Of a DNA stretch of 64,000 nucleotides, positions 40,319 to 54,062 are shown one piece after another; the stretch's first letter is position 1, and each line of letters begins with the position of its first letter. The stretch spans positions 3,938,071 through 4,002,070 of the forward strand of contig MU053810.1 of the NCBI GenBank assembly GCA_013239625.1, written 5' to 3'. The position numbers were made by a program, and so were the translations under genes. Source of the DNA: Lama guanicoe (Eukaryota). The notes beneath the pieces are model-generated. The model was not told where the DNA came from and did not search any database. It was given only the letters and a program-made list of their open reading frames with translations.

Positions 40319-42384
40319 CATCCTCAGAGATTTCTGCGATAAGAAAGAGGCATCAGCTACCTTGAAGCAAAGATAAAGGAGAAATCAGATCTTAGTAACG
40401 TAAAACAGTTCTTTGAGATGATAAATAAGCATGGACAAAGGGGGCAGGATAGAGATCATTTATCTTTTAGAGATCATTTAGAACTCCAGCCCAGGGTTTT
40501 TCAAAACACAATTTAAAAGCTACCATTAAAGAGACAACAACCCATTTTTAAGAAGGTAGATTTAAAAACTCTTTTCTCCAGAGGACTTCCAAGGGGGCCC
40601 ACTTGGATCACAATTTGAGTCACTTCTGAGCATTTCCTGCTGCCCAGAAATTCAGTAGCTAAGTACTTCCATGGAGAGTAAAGCTCAGAAGTGAAGGGAT
40701 TAAGAGAGGGAAGAATAAAAGGGCACTGAAGGGCCATTTCCACTTGCTCATAAATGCTCTGAATTTATGGGTTCGGAAGCTTCTCCCAGTGGTACCAGAA
40801 TGGCTGTGTCCTGCTCCATCTTTGTCTTGGCTGTCCAGGCTACACATTTTATTCCAGATTTAATTGTCCTTTATTTTCTCATACTGTCTCTTCCCAATCA
40901 ATTAATAATCAGTAAACATTTACTGAAACATTCCTATATACAGGTGGTGTATTGAATAAAACATGACAAAGGGCTGTACATTCCATTTGGGAAAAGAACA
41001 TTTACTGTGATGACTGAGCTGTTCTTAATCCACTAATGTCAAAATGCCCCATGGGAGGAAATGATGCTCAATTGATAATTCTTTTTCTCTGCAGTGTTTC
41101 AATGCAATCCACAAACCCTATGTACTCAAGAGTGGACCTTTATGTGCAAAAGTGTTACTCCTCAGATCCGATCTATGCCATGTTATGTAACAAATAATTT
41201 GCTACAAACATATCCATGGCACAAACCTGATTTTGCCAAGAAAGAAAGTACATCATAATTACTAGGTTTCTCTTTGGTGATTAATCAGAGAACTTTGAAC
41301 TTGCCTTCCACAAAACATAGAGGACTACTCCCATGCCATTGTAAAATGTTTCACCTCTCCTTGTAAGAATGAGCTGCATGCTCCCTGGTGAAATATTTTA
41401 ACAGCCTCTGACTCTCCCAAATTGTTTAATACCTATAGGCCAACACAAAAGAATTTGAATAGCTTTTCAATAATAAATGCTTCAGAAGAAATCTGATAAT
41501 GTGACTTTAACAAGGGAAAAAAAAAATCCAGGGACCACTGGATCCTCTGAACCCGATGTGTAATAAGCACACCACAAACAGCTGCTCTGATTCATGCCTC
41601 GAGCCTGTTCTGCTTAAACAGGTTCTCAAGATCCAACAAGTCATCTGGTGACTCAGGCAACCGCTGAGCAGAAAACAAAATGCTTGGTCCAACCTGTGTT
41701 TCTGAAGCACTGACTGGGTGTACCCTCTTATGGTCCAGCTGAATTCTTTTTTTGCAACACTTGCAACAAAGAATTCAATCAGCAAAGCACAACAAGTCTG
41801 TAGCATTCCAGAAGGATTCCCTAACCTAAATATAAAATATGCAAGTTACAACTCATCTGGTAGATTGCAAATGAACCTCAGGAGGACTGTGATAGGCCAA
41901 GACAATAAAAAGGCTGATGCTGGTAAATGTAATTGAATTCGGTACAGTTTCATCAATTTTTTTACACTTGATAAGATCAGAGCACAAAAATATTTTTTAA
42001 TTGTGACAGTTTGGGTTAGTGAGAGCAACTCAACGGGCAGTCTGCTTGAATGAACTTTACACGCTATTAAGGTTTTTAAGAAAATTACAGGCCATGGTCT
42101 ACAGTCTGGCATCTTAAAGAATAGGAACTCAAAGCATTTTTATAATCATGCCTCACATCTTTATTCACTTTTTCACTGTTGGATATGATCACACAGGCAA
42201 ACACAGATGGGATTTCTGAAAACTCAGGAATAAAAAGAATTGTGAATCATGAGACAATGGATCTACATTTTAATTCCCATAATACTTATTTTCCCCCAGT
42301 TTTATTGAGATATAATTGACATAGAGCTCTGTGTAAGTTTAAGGTATCCCACATAATGACTGTACATATTGCTAAATGATTTAG

Positions 42385-42492
42385 TACTTTTTTCTTTGTT
42401 TTTCTTTTCCTTTAATGGAAGTACTGGGGGTTGAACCCTGGACCTCATGCATACTAGGCACATGCTCTACCACTGAGCTGTAACACTCCCTC
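42385..42492 (-). mobile_element. tRNA-derived camelid-type SINE
   Basis: GGAAGTACTGGGGGTTGAACCCTGGACC...GCTCTACCACTGAGCTG; TACTTTTT flanks. Confidence 0.85.
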
Positions 42493-42804
42493 TACTTTTT
42501 CTCTTGAATTTAATTTCTGTATCACTTCATTTCTTAGACTTGGAAGTTTTTGTCTTTAAAGCAAATACTTCTTGAAGAGCAATTATTAAATTGAGAATAA
42601 GAGAGGCTACCAGAAAATAATGACAACTAAAAGAAGTTCATGTCTTTTGTTATTTCAAATACAATATGGGTCCTTAACTATATATTAGTTTTTTTTAACT
42701 GCATTGTTTTGAAGCAATTCCATGTCTCTTATGCATTTTTTTTAAACAAACAAAAAAATTTCAGAAAAGTCAAAAGAATAGTATAATGAACACATAAGGT
42801 CTTT

Positions 42805-43107
42805 TTTTTTTAATTGAAATATAGTCAGTTTGCAATATTGTATCAAGTTCTGGTATACGGCACAGTGCTTCAGTCATACATGAATATACATATATTTTCA
42901 TATTCTTTTTCACCATAAGCTACTCCAAGATACCGAATATAGTTCCCTGTGCTGTACAGTATAAACTTGTTTATCTATTTTATATATACCAGTCAGTATC
43001 TGCACATCTGGAACTCTCAATTTATCCCTCACACCCCCTTCCCCCTGGTAACCGTAAGTGTGTATTCTATGTCTGTGAGTCTATTTCTGTTTTATATATA
43101 AGTTCAT
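42805..43107 (-). mobile_element. Artiodactyl-type L1 3' end (same family as ~13580-13835)
   Basis: Reverse complement of the 13580-13835 element; flanked by TGAACACATA(A/T)GGTCTTT repeats (TSD). Confidence 0.82.
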
Positions 43108-46100
43108 TTGAACACATATGGTCTTTACCCAAACTCACCACTTTTTAATATTTTGTCACATTTGCCTGATCTATTTATCTATCTATGCACATACTCGTAC
43201 AAATATATGCATGAAATGTTTTGCTTTGTTTTGCTAATTAAATTCTTTGTTCCATGTTTCGCAAAAAAAAAAAAAAGAATCCTGCTCGCTATTCATTAAA
43301 TACACACATACACACATATGGAAGGAAAGAGGGAGAGAGAGATAATTATCATACTTGGGGAAATTAACATTAATTGTATAATACCATTTAATATACAGTC
43401 CGTATTTGAATTCCCTTAATTGTTCCAAAAATATCTCATAGCTGAGTTTTTTTTTGTTTTCCTAATCTGGGTTCTAACCAAGATTTTTCCATTGTATTAT
43501 TCTTTAGTTTTAATTTAGAACAATTTCCCTGCCTTAAAAAAATATTCTACACCAATGATTCCCCCCCGCCCCCAAGAATCTTGAACCATATCCCACATTT
43601 TGGATTTTCTAACTTGTTTCTTCATTATTAGATTCAGATTAATCAAATCTGGCAGATATACTTATGTTGCTGTTATAGCTGTATTTAAAAACAAATCTTG
43701 GATTTTCTTTATTTGGTATTATTGGCTTCCCCAAACTTCTGGCATTATCAGTAAACAAGTTTGGTTTAAAAAAAATTGTTCTACATAATAAACAGCATGG
43801 TCCTACTACCAAATAGAACACGTGTTTCTTTAGTATGTTTTGTTTTTGTGAGGCCAGAGGGTGTGTCTTGCAGACTTTCCTTTTAAACCTTCCTAATACC
43901 AAGCAAATGCACAGTATCGTGGTCCCCTGCTCTCACTCCTGCAGTGAGCATTCGTGTGCACATTACACAGTTCATCATCTGTACCTTGACAGGTCTACAC
44001 AGTTGTTGAGAACACTTGTGGTCAAACATCCAGTAAAGAGCGATACAGAGGAAGGTACATGTTGGCTTATGGCATTCGGATCTTAAACAACATTGCTTGA
44101 CTATTAAAACTGCCATGTGAGTGTCTTTGAGTTATTGGTCGTCACAGTTCAACCTACAGAACAAGCGAAGTTCCCTAAGATTTCCTCCACATTTTCTAGA
44201 GTTGTCAATGAAGCAGGGCTGCAATCAGAGAACTCTTCACATCATTCAGGAATTGGTGTAAATACCAACAGAACTGGGTTCTCCCCTCCATCAGTACTGT
44301 CATGATCATTGCTGAATCACACTTACCGGATTACCACAAGGTTTATTACTCAACCAGATCATCAGGGTCTGATTAAGATCTTCAGCACAACTCTAAGGTT
44401 GGAATCTCACCATCTGTAATTTAACATTAGCTGTTCACTTAGGAGAGAAAAAATCCTCAGATCATGAGACTGAAAGACATTTCAAAAAACAGCGTACACA
44501 TTTCTTATCATCAGGTTCAAATTCTCTTACGTGGCAACTGAAAATCTACCCTGTTTGTAAAATCCTTTGCTTAGGGGTTTTCTATAGTCTTTTGGGTAAA
44601 TTACTCCATTGTCAGGGCATTTCATATTTAAGTGAAATTCTTTCCATTTGTAGTTTAGAGACAATAGCTCTTTTTAAGTCGAAGGCTTTTCTCAAGGTTG
44701 GGCTCAAGCTCTTTGCTGCAGACAGAATAAGCAAGGTCTCGTTAGCTTTTCCTCATGGGTCTTGTTTCCCAAAGCTTTAATCATTTTTATAGCTTTCCTT
44801 TAAACTCTCTCCAAGTTTTCTGTCTCCTTTTAGATACAAAGCCGCGGATTAAATATAGTGTTTGCAAGGATATGATTAGTACCAAATTTAGAGAACAATT
44901 ACTTCGCAGTCCTTACATTCTATGCTCTAAGATGTGTTAATAGTTTTCAGAAATGATCAGGCTTTCCATTAAAAACAACCACGGTTCCAAGGAGTAGTCT
45001 TGAATATTATATTGTCATGTTTTAAATCTCACTTGACCATGGTCCACTTTACTGGGACCAAAGTCCACCTAGTCTCACTTTTAGTGATAAAGTTATTCAA
45101 ATATACAAAAACATCTTAGAAAGAAGTGTAGGGATAATTCCTACTTAAGCCACAGTGCATTCATGTCTTAAGGTCTGGTTACTGCAAAATTACAGGCCCC
45201 AAAAGAGCTAATGCAAATTTACATTACTGCTTACTCTAGAGTTAACCAAACAAGCCGCAGCAGCCACACTGGTTCTGAAGAAGCTACAGAAAACTATCTT
45301 ACCTTTAAAAGGAAGATGATACAATGTTAAAAATCAAGATGAACTCAAAATTCTGTTGACCATGGCCTGATAACAAATTAAATACCTGGAAAATTGTAGA
45401 AATCCTAATCATCTGCAAGTAAAGATTTGCAGTGGGAGATTTTGCATCATAGTCACACATTTCATAGCAGGGAAAGTCCCTGGTACCCAAGGATTGTCCT
45501 TGGGAAACTCTGGCAATAAGCTAATTTTCCTTGCTCATAATATTAGCCAAGCTATCATTTACTGAGTGCTTACTATGTGCAAGACCATCTGTTACACCGT
45601 CTGTCCACAGTTTCTCCTTTGAATCATATCAACTTGGTAAGGGACGTATTATTATAGCCTTTTTATAGATGAGCCAGTTGAGGCCCAAGTTCACGTGGTT
45701 AGTGAATGTCCAAATGAGGATTCACACCCAAGTGTTTCTGACCCCGTATAGCTACTGTTATACTGCTTTGCATATATTAAATTTCAGTAATCCAGTAGTT
45801 TATTAAAAGTAGAACTCATTCTTAGTTTAAAATGAATTTCTCTGAAGATGTGCAGCATTTTGGTGGACCTCCTAATTTAGGGGCCTCACTCTCCACTAAC
45901 AATATTACAATTTCTCTAATTTTCTGGGATCTTTTGAATATGGATGGATCTACCAAATGAAAATCAAATTTGTGTGTAATTATTTGGTAAAGGTAGGACA
46001 GATACTTTTTCTAAATTTTGTTATTTTCTTTCTGTGGTTGGCTTTGTTTTTAGTGGGGAGTTGTATTAACCTCTGCTAATGATTCTGGTTTGATTCCATT

Positions 46101-48169
46101 TATACCACTGACAGGTGCTTGTCTTTCATACTTGGGCCTTCAAATGTAGAATAATTATCACCCCAACAAATTGTACAATACTGCCTTATTTCTGGCTCTT
46201 TTTAAAATCCTTTAAAAAAAAAAAGCAATCGTATTTGAAGTTAAAGTAACATGGGATAGAAGATCTGAGAAAAAGAGATGTATATGCTTATTGAAGTCTC
46301 CGGAATTTTCCTTGGTAATCACGTGCATGTCTTCCTTTCCTCCTTGGGGGCGCTTTATGAAGAGTAGTGACCCTGAGTTCACTCAAAGGGACACAGAGAC
46401 ACACGGAGCTTGGCTCAGCTCACAGGAATTCTGCAGACACACGGAGTCCAAGAAGCAGGGTGACGTGGGCACCTGCTGACCCTACACTTGGCTTGTGACT
46501 GGTACAGTTTGGAGAGATAAAGCACCAGAGACTCTGATTCACTTTTCCTTTCCTTCCTCCTCTTCCAGAGGGATTATTTAATAGTCTGTGTACACTTCCA
46601 ACACTTGCTTACTCTAATAATAGCCCCTGCGCCTGAATCACCCCACGTCACTGCCTGTCACAGAGTCCTCAGCTGTTTCCACGACTTGCGTGGTTGGCTC
46701 TCAGCACTATCCGGAAACCTCTAAGAATGTGCAGGGTGATCAGTGACTTTAATTTTAACCATGCATGATGTGAGGGATCTTCTATTTATCTCAAGTGACC
46801 TATCTTTAAAATAACAGAGTGTCAGGATGAAAGAAATTAGGAGAAAAATTTGATAGGAACCCCTATGCAATGGTATATGTGGATGCATGCAAAGGTATTT
46901 TAAATATATTCATATCAAATGCATATTACTACAATTACTGAGATACGTATCAGTTTGCTTTCATAAATGAGACAAATATCTAGGTAGACTAAAACTGTTA
47001 TTTGATGGGCTTCCTGGGGTGCTGAGGGTGTTCAGTTTCTTGATCCAGGTTGAGTCTGCAAAAATCCATTGAGCCAAAGACTTATGATATGCACACTTTT
47101 TTGTATTACATTTCAACATTTTGAGGAAAAATGTGAGCAATCGCAACAGCACACTGTATACACGTGACAATACATATTTGAATGGTATCGAAGATCAACT
47201 AATGTTTGAAAATTTTATGAAGTTCAATAGACCTAAATCTCTGATTTAAAGGGGTCTCTCTCTACTTTATCTTTAAAAATGTCCTTCCCCAAAACCAAAA
47301 TAACACTTATCTCTTCACAATTATAGAGATGTAATGAACTGAGTTTCAAAATAACTCCTCTCTTTGGTCTTACATATTTCTGTTATTAAAAAAAAATCTT
47401 AAAACTAAATTGGTACATTCTCTTTGCAGGGCAATTTGGCACAATCTATAAAAATACAAGATGTTCATGAATTTGATGAAACAACTTTGCTTTAAGGATT
47501 ATGCCAGAAATACTCAAAAGTCTGTGGCAGTTTTGATATTCAGTTATTCATACACTCAGCATTCAACTGACATAGATTTATTGGGTACCTACAGTGTAAT
47601 AGGTGTGGGGGTGTGTTCTAGAGATAGATTAGTGAACGAATCAGCTGTAGTCCAACTTTAATGAAGAATGCTCACAAAGTTTCTATTCCAGAAGACAAAA
47701 TAGATATCAAACAACAAATCACACTAATCATGATTTTTTACACATTTAATTTAAAATTACAAAAAAGCCCCCAAATACAACAAATTATTCAAATTATATT
47801 TAATTACATATTATTTAATTCCAAATGAAGGAGAAGTACAGGCCACGATGAAAACATGTAATTAAAGGATGTGGACCAGTCTGGATAAGTGAAATAGAAA
47901 TAAAATTGGAATGACATAAAGTTTGTGACAGGTTAAAAGTTTACAACCATTTTGACAAATCTGTAAATAGACTCATATACCACTCTCAAAGAATTAGATA
48001 GCTCAAAAGTATGTAAATATGTCCAAGATACATTATAAATTTGAAAAAACAAGTTGCAGAATAGCATGTGCTGTGGTATTATAAGATATTTGTAAATGAA
48101 AATAATTATACAGTTATATATAAAATACATAATAAAAATATAAAATACAAATGTTTGTGTGTGTGTTTG

Positions 48170-49085
48170 CATGTGGCTGGATGCTCAGCATAATCTCCTC
48201 TTTGCTTTTGCCTGGGCATCTGTATAGCATTTCCAAGCTTTCCCTGCAGTGAGGTGTGGTCAAGAGACTGTAGTCTCACAATAGAATATGGCTTGGAGTA
48301 GTGGGTAGGGCTAGGGTCTTGGACAGAGGATGTACCTCCTCCACTTTCTTTTCTTCCTTCCCACCAACTGGAACCATCTGATTAGAGATGGTGGCATCTC
48401 TCTATGCAGACAATGACAATATCATGGGGATGGCAGAGCAATGACTCAGAAGGAACCTGGGTCCTTGAATGACCATATGGAGCAGAATATCCCTAACATC
48501 TAGAAACTTCCCTAAGAGGTAGAATTTTCACTTTAGTATTTTTTTAAGGAAGACTTTATTTTCTTATGCAGCTTTAGGCTTATAGAAAAACTGAACAGGA
48601 AGTACAGAGAGTTCTCACAATTCCCCCACCCCACCCCCTCAGTTTCCTCTATCATTAACATCTATTATTAACATCACACAGTAACATGGTATATTTGTTG
48701 CAGGGGATGATTACTATTAACTAAAGTTCATAGTATTCATCAGGGTTCACTCTTTGTGTTGTAGATTCTATGAGTTTTGACAAATGTAAGATGACAAATA
48801 TCGACCACTACAATAGCATACTGAGTAGCTTCATTTCCCTAAAAATGCCCTGTGCTCCACCTAGTCATCCTTCCCCTACCTGCTCCCCCACCCCCCATGG
48901 CCCCTGGCAACCACTGACCATTTTTCTGTTTCCATAGCTTTGCCTTTTCCAGAATGTTATATACAGTTGAAATCACATCGTATATAGCCTCTTCTCACAT
49001 TGGCATTTTTAGCTACAAGAAAAATAAACCTCTGTGCTTTTAAAGTCATTGAGTCCCTTTGTAGTAACTTAGTCTTTATCCTAAT
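48170..49085. mobile_element. MLT1-like LTR interrupted by antisense L1 3' fragment (~48540-49010)
   Basis: GAAGGAACCTGGGTCCTTGAATGAC MLT1 motif; L1M motifs CTGGCAACCACTGA, TTGCCTTTTCCAGAATGT. Confidence 0.6.
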
Positions 49086-49194
49086 GAAGTTAGTCTAGGC
49101 ATGGAACAAATTTAGAAGACTGTACACTACATTAATAGAGACTTTGTCCGTGGGTAGTGTTTTGGGAAGTTATCACTTTAGGATATTTATTTTA

Positions 49195-49640
49195 CTGACC
49201 AAGATTCTCTTCTTGACCTAAATTTAATCAGGCTCTTCTAAGGCTTCTGCTCAACTAAGCCTAATCTTGAGTTTCCCTCTCTGTCTTTGCAGAACCCAGT
49301 TTGAGCAAGAATGCTGCTAGGTCAAATTAAAGAAAATCTCCCATCCTTCGTTGCTGATCAAATTCCTCATCTCCACCATCTATATTTTATCATTCTGGCC
49401 TGCTGTCAGCAAGAATTCTCTTGGATCCATTATGAATCCCCTACCCTTGAGGTTTCCATTTAGTAATTTTCCATCTACTGACACCCCAGCCTGCTCTTTG
49501 CATGTAAATCCCCACTTGTTCCTGTTGGAGTGAAGTCTCACTTTTTACAAAACCCTGTTAGTAGCCTACACCTCACCACCCACTTGAAAACAAGTCTACC
49601 TTACCATCTTTAACAAGGGTCATGAATCATTTTTTAACAC
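49195..49640 (+). mobile_element. ERV1 solo LTR (MER31-like)
   Basis: TGACCAAGATTCTCTTCTTGACCTAAATTTAATCAGGCTC start; CCTTACCATCTTTAACAAG...TTTTTAACA end. Confidence 0.65.
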
Positions 49641-49921
49641 TACAATGTTTTAATTTTTAATGATTACTTATAATTTTGTGATGGGAAAAATAATATATAC
49701 ACAGGTAGATTTTAAAATAGTCTTCTTAAATACATTTAGAAGTATCAAAACTAATCACTATATTAATACGAGTTTAATACACATACAGTGCTGTTATAAC
49801 CAATTGACAGATGTTATATAACTGAGGCCAAATATGCAAATATGACTCCGCCCCTGTGCGGGTAACTTAGCACAGGGGACTGGTTCAAAGAGCAGGCTGC
49901 TTTTAAAGAAACTAAACAGTA

Positions 49922-52380
49922 CCTTCCTTGGGCCTTCCGTGTGCAATGGCTCTGGACTCAGGTCCCTTACCCGAAGGGCCTCTCTTAAAGCTGCTACCCG
50001 TAGACGCTAGGGACAGGGCCACCCAGCGCTCTCGCCTGGGCCTGGCCGCCCTCCGCGCCTTGGGCGCGCACCTGGGCTCCGCGGTGAAGATCTCGCTGCC
50101 TGAGGCGGCTCCTGTCTCCGCATCGCTTGGCCACGGCGGGATGGAGCGGACGGCTTTGTGCAGCTGGATCCTCAGTGCGCGAGTCCCGGGATGGCAGTGG
50201 GGGCGCCGGGGTCCCCGGGGAGTCTCAACCTCAGCCGCCTCCGCTTAGTACCCTGCCCGCCTCTTCAGCGCCTCGCCATGTGGCCAGTGTTGCGGGAGCG
50301 GGAGGGCTCGCCCGGTTCTCCGAATCCAGCCGCGGTGCTGGAGGCGGCGCAGGAGCTGCTGAGGAACCGTCCGGTCTCTCTGGGCCACGTGGCGGCCGCT
50401 CCTCCGGACGCCCCCGGCCCGGTGGCCGCCCTGCACATCATCAGCGGGGCGCCTAGCCCGGATCCGGCCGGGCTGGTCACCCCTCGCACCCACATCGGTC
50501 TCAGCGGGGTCCCTCGGAAGCGGAGCCGCAGCCCGAGGTGGCCCTGGGGGGCCTGTCGGAGGCAGCCGACTCGCTACGGCAGCTCCTCCGCCTGCCGCTC
50601 CGCTACCCCAGCGCGTTCGCCTCACTGGGGCTAGCGGTGCCCCGCGGGGTGCTCCTGGCCGGCCCTCCCGGAGTGGGCAAGAGCCAGCTCGTGCAGGCTG
50701 CGGCCCGGGAGGCGGGCGCGGAGCCGCTGGCCGTGAGCGCCCCGGCGCTGCAGGGCGCCCTGCCCGGGGAGGCCGGGGAGAACGTGCGTCGGGTCTTCCA
50801 GCGCGCCCGGGAGCTGGCCAGCCGCAGGCCCACCCTCCTCTTCCTGGACGAGGTGGACTCCCTGTGTCCTCGGCGGGGCGGCCCACACCAAGCCCCCGAG
50901 AGCCGCGTGGTGGCCGAGGTGTTGACGCTGCTAGACGGGATCAGTGGGGACCGCGAGGTGGTGATGGGATCCACCAATCGGCAGGACGCGCTAGACCCAG
51001 CGCTGCGCAGACCTGGGAGATTTGACCGAGAGGTTGTCATTGGGACTCCCACACTTAGACAAAGAAATGCAATTCTACAAGTGATTACCTCAAAGATGCC
51101 CATCTCCAGTCAAGTCGATTTGAGCCTCCTTGCAGAAATGACAGTTGGCTATGTTGGTGCAGACCTGACTGCACTCTGTAGGGAGGCTGCCATGCACGCT
51201 CTGCTTCATGGTGAGAAGGGTGAATTTCTTCAGAACCAGGACAATCCGATGACTGATGAAACAGACTTCCTTGAAGCTTTTAAAAAGATCCAACCCTCAT
51301 CATTCCGAAGTGTCATTGGACTGATGGACATCAAGCCTGTCGACTGGGAGCAGATTGGTGGCTTTGAAGATGTAAAACTGAAGTTAAAACAGAGCATTGA
51401 ATGGTCTCTGAAATTCCCCGGGCAGTTTGTCAGGATGGGCCTGGCACAACCAAAGGGGGTTCTCCTGTATGGTTCCCCTGGCTGTGCATAAACCACCCTG
51501 GTCAGGGCCCTGGCCACCAGCTGTCACTGCTCTTTTGTTTCAGTGAGCAGAGCTGATCTCTTTTCATCTTTTGTTGGAGATTCAGAAAAAATCTTGTCTC
51601 AGGTATTTTGACAAGCGAGAGCAAATACTCCAGCAATTGTGTTTTTGAATGAAATTGATTCAATCTTGGGTTCTTGATCAGTTGGCAGAACAGGATGTAA
51701 TGTTCAAGAGCGTGTTCTCTCTTTTCTCCTAGATGAATTAGATGGGGTTGGACTGAAGACTATAGAGAGAAGAGGAAGTAATTCAGAACAACATGGTAAA
51801 TACAAGGAGCTGGAAAAAAATGAAGAGCTAGTGTTTCAAGAAGTTTTTAATACCAATGTCATGATTGTTGCAGCAACAAACAGACCTAATGTGTTAGATG
51901 ATGCCTTGTTACGGCCTGGAAGATTAGATAAGATCATTCATATTCCACCTCCAGATGAAGAGGGCAGGCTTTCTATTTTGAAAATCTGCACAAAAAACAT
52001 GCCAGTGGGGCCTGATGTTTCCTTAGAAAAGCTAGCAGCAGAAATCTGTTTTTTCTCTGGAGCTGATCTTGAAAACCTCTGCAAAGAAGCCACCTTGCTG
52101 GCTCTGCAAGCAAATGGACTAGAAGCAACCACAGTGAGACAAGAGCATTTTCTAAAATCACTGGAAACTGTAAAACCATCCCTAAGTCACAAGGATTTGA
52201 CTTTATATAGAAACATATTTCAGAAGCCAGGATTTTCTACCTTAGAAGATATTTAAAAATTATTTTACATAACTGCCAAAGGATTAATTGAAATGTGAGC
52301 TTGCACTATAGTTTACATATTCACACTCTGTGTATTTCCTATAAATAAAAAAAAAAACTTGCTCCTGAAAAAAAAAAAAA
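49922..52380 (+). pseudogene. SPATA5L1: Processed pseudogene of AAA+ ATPase SPATA5L1/AFG2B (CDS remnant 49946-52256)
   Basis: Intronless full-length homology ([18 protein letters not shown]...GPPGVGKS...LFLDE...RRPGRFDRE...GFSTLEDI*). Frameshifts near 50103 and 50513; stops TAA 51489 (D2 Walker A Lys), TGA 51609, TGA 51675. AATAAA 52344-52349, polyA, TSD AAAGAAACTAA(A/G)CAGTA at 49905-49921 and 52381-52397 after TTTT (L1 endonuclease-type site). Confidence 0.96.
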
Positions 52381-54018
52381 AAAGAAACTAAGCAGTAAAA
52401 TAAAGATACAGAGTAAAAGCTGCAGAGCCTGGTGGGTAAACATTCATTGATCAGAGGCAGATTAGCCCAGAAAGGCTTAGGTCTAGGACACAATTACACA
52501 GAGTTATTTATTTTTTTTTTTTAGATAGCTGTACCGAAAGCCATTTACCCTGGAACCCAGGCTTGAATAATCCCACCAGTGAGGGTTAGTGGTATGAACC
52601 AGCAAGCTTTAGGTAACGGATGTTAAATTGTTTCAAGATAGTTTAAGAAATGTAACTAGGCACCACTATGCTACAAATACTTTATAGCAAGATTTTCTTG
52701 CTTTAGCCTAAAAGTTTTATTTATTTGTTGGTTGGTCTATTTTTAATTCAACACACCTGGTGGACTGTGCATTAAGGACACTCTAAAGAGAAAGATGTCT
52801 TTTAATGGATATTTGTTAATGTTTACCAATATATCAATAATGTTTATTGGTTGCTTTTGATGGGACAGACACAGTGCTTAGCAAGCTTGTGTGTATTGTC
52901 TGATGTAATCCACACAACATATGAGGTAGATACTAATATTAGACTCATACCAGCTTTCCCAACAACCCTATGAGGTAGTTACTATTATAAGATCCATTTC
53001 ACAAGTAAAGAACCTTCCCAAGGACACACAGCAAGTTAAGTGGGCAGAGCCAGGGTTTAACTCAGGTTTGTTTCCATTCCAGGCTTGAACTTTTAACCAC
53101 ACTGCTACATCTAAGAAGAAATACAGGGTAAAAGTTCTTGAGAGGACAGCCTCGAGAAGGAAAATTTGTAATCACAAATGCACAAAGCCAGTGGAACTTA
53201 GAGATCTCTCCGTCCAGATGGGGAAGCTGAGTCACACAGTGCTCAGTCACATGATTAGCAGATGAGCCAGCACATGGACCCAGGGACTCCAGATGTACAG
53301 AACATCCATTTTCCATTCATCTCTATACTTGTAGACATTTGTGTGGTGGTGATGGAAAGCTTACCTGCCAATGGGAGAATGCCTTCAAGCCCTCCATTGT
53401 TGGTAAAAGACACTAGTCAGTCCTCATCTCCCATCCCTCTCTCCCTTAACATTGAACTTCCTGGCCCTCTGAACAAGAATTCCGTGTCTACAGTTATTCC
53501 TGGGCTATGCCCATCCTTTTAAGCATCATTTAAAATTTTTTCTAAATGTATAATCTAGACCAAACGCTTGACTAAGAGCAAGTGGTTGCCATGGCACTCG
53601 AGACAGCATTCACAGAGCACAAACATCTTCCTAATATAGTTTTTCTAATAAAAATAGAAAGTGGAGAGAGCAGTGCATTGATGTAGGGTGAGGGGACTGG
53701 AAAAATAAACCATACTTCATTGTGTGTAGCTTTTATCCCCCCCATTTTTGGTATCATTATTTAAACTCCAGTCAGTATCATAGCCATCTTCAGAGGCAGT
53801 CAAACTCCTGGAACTTGCCACTGTGTATTTGGAGTGTCTTACGCCTGAGTTACTGTTAACTATAAATAGATGATCCTCAAAATGACTTACTGATCAGGTA
53901 TGCAGGGCAACTACACTGTCACTGAACATGCCTGTGGTGTCTTGTCAGGGGCACAGGACAGAATAACACAAATAGGCTGAGATATATGGACTGTAAAATT
54001 ACCTTGCCCAGAACCTTC

Positions 54019-54062
54019 CACACACACATAGAGACGCGCACACACACACACACACACACACA
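54019..54062. repeat. Interrupted (CA)n microsatellite
   Basis: Direct read. Confidence 0.9.

Noticed and set aside
50245..51103. Antisense ORFs of 213 and 166 aa over the SPATA5L1 copy
   Set aside because: Shadow frames of GC-rich coding-derived sequence.
49946..52256. SPATA5L1 as a functional retrogene or the parental locus
   Set aside because: No introns, polyA and TSDs present, two frameshifts and three stops including the D2 Walker A lysine.
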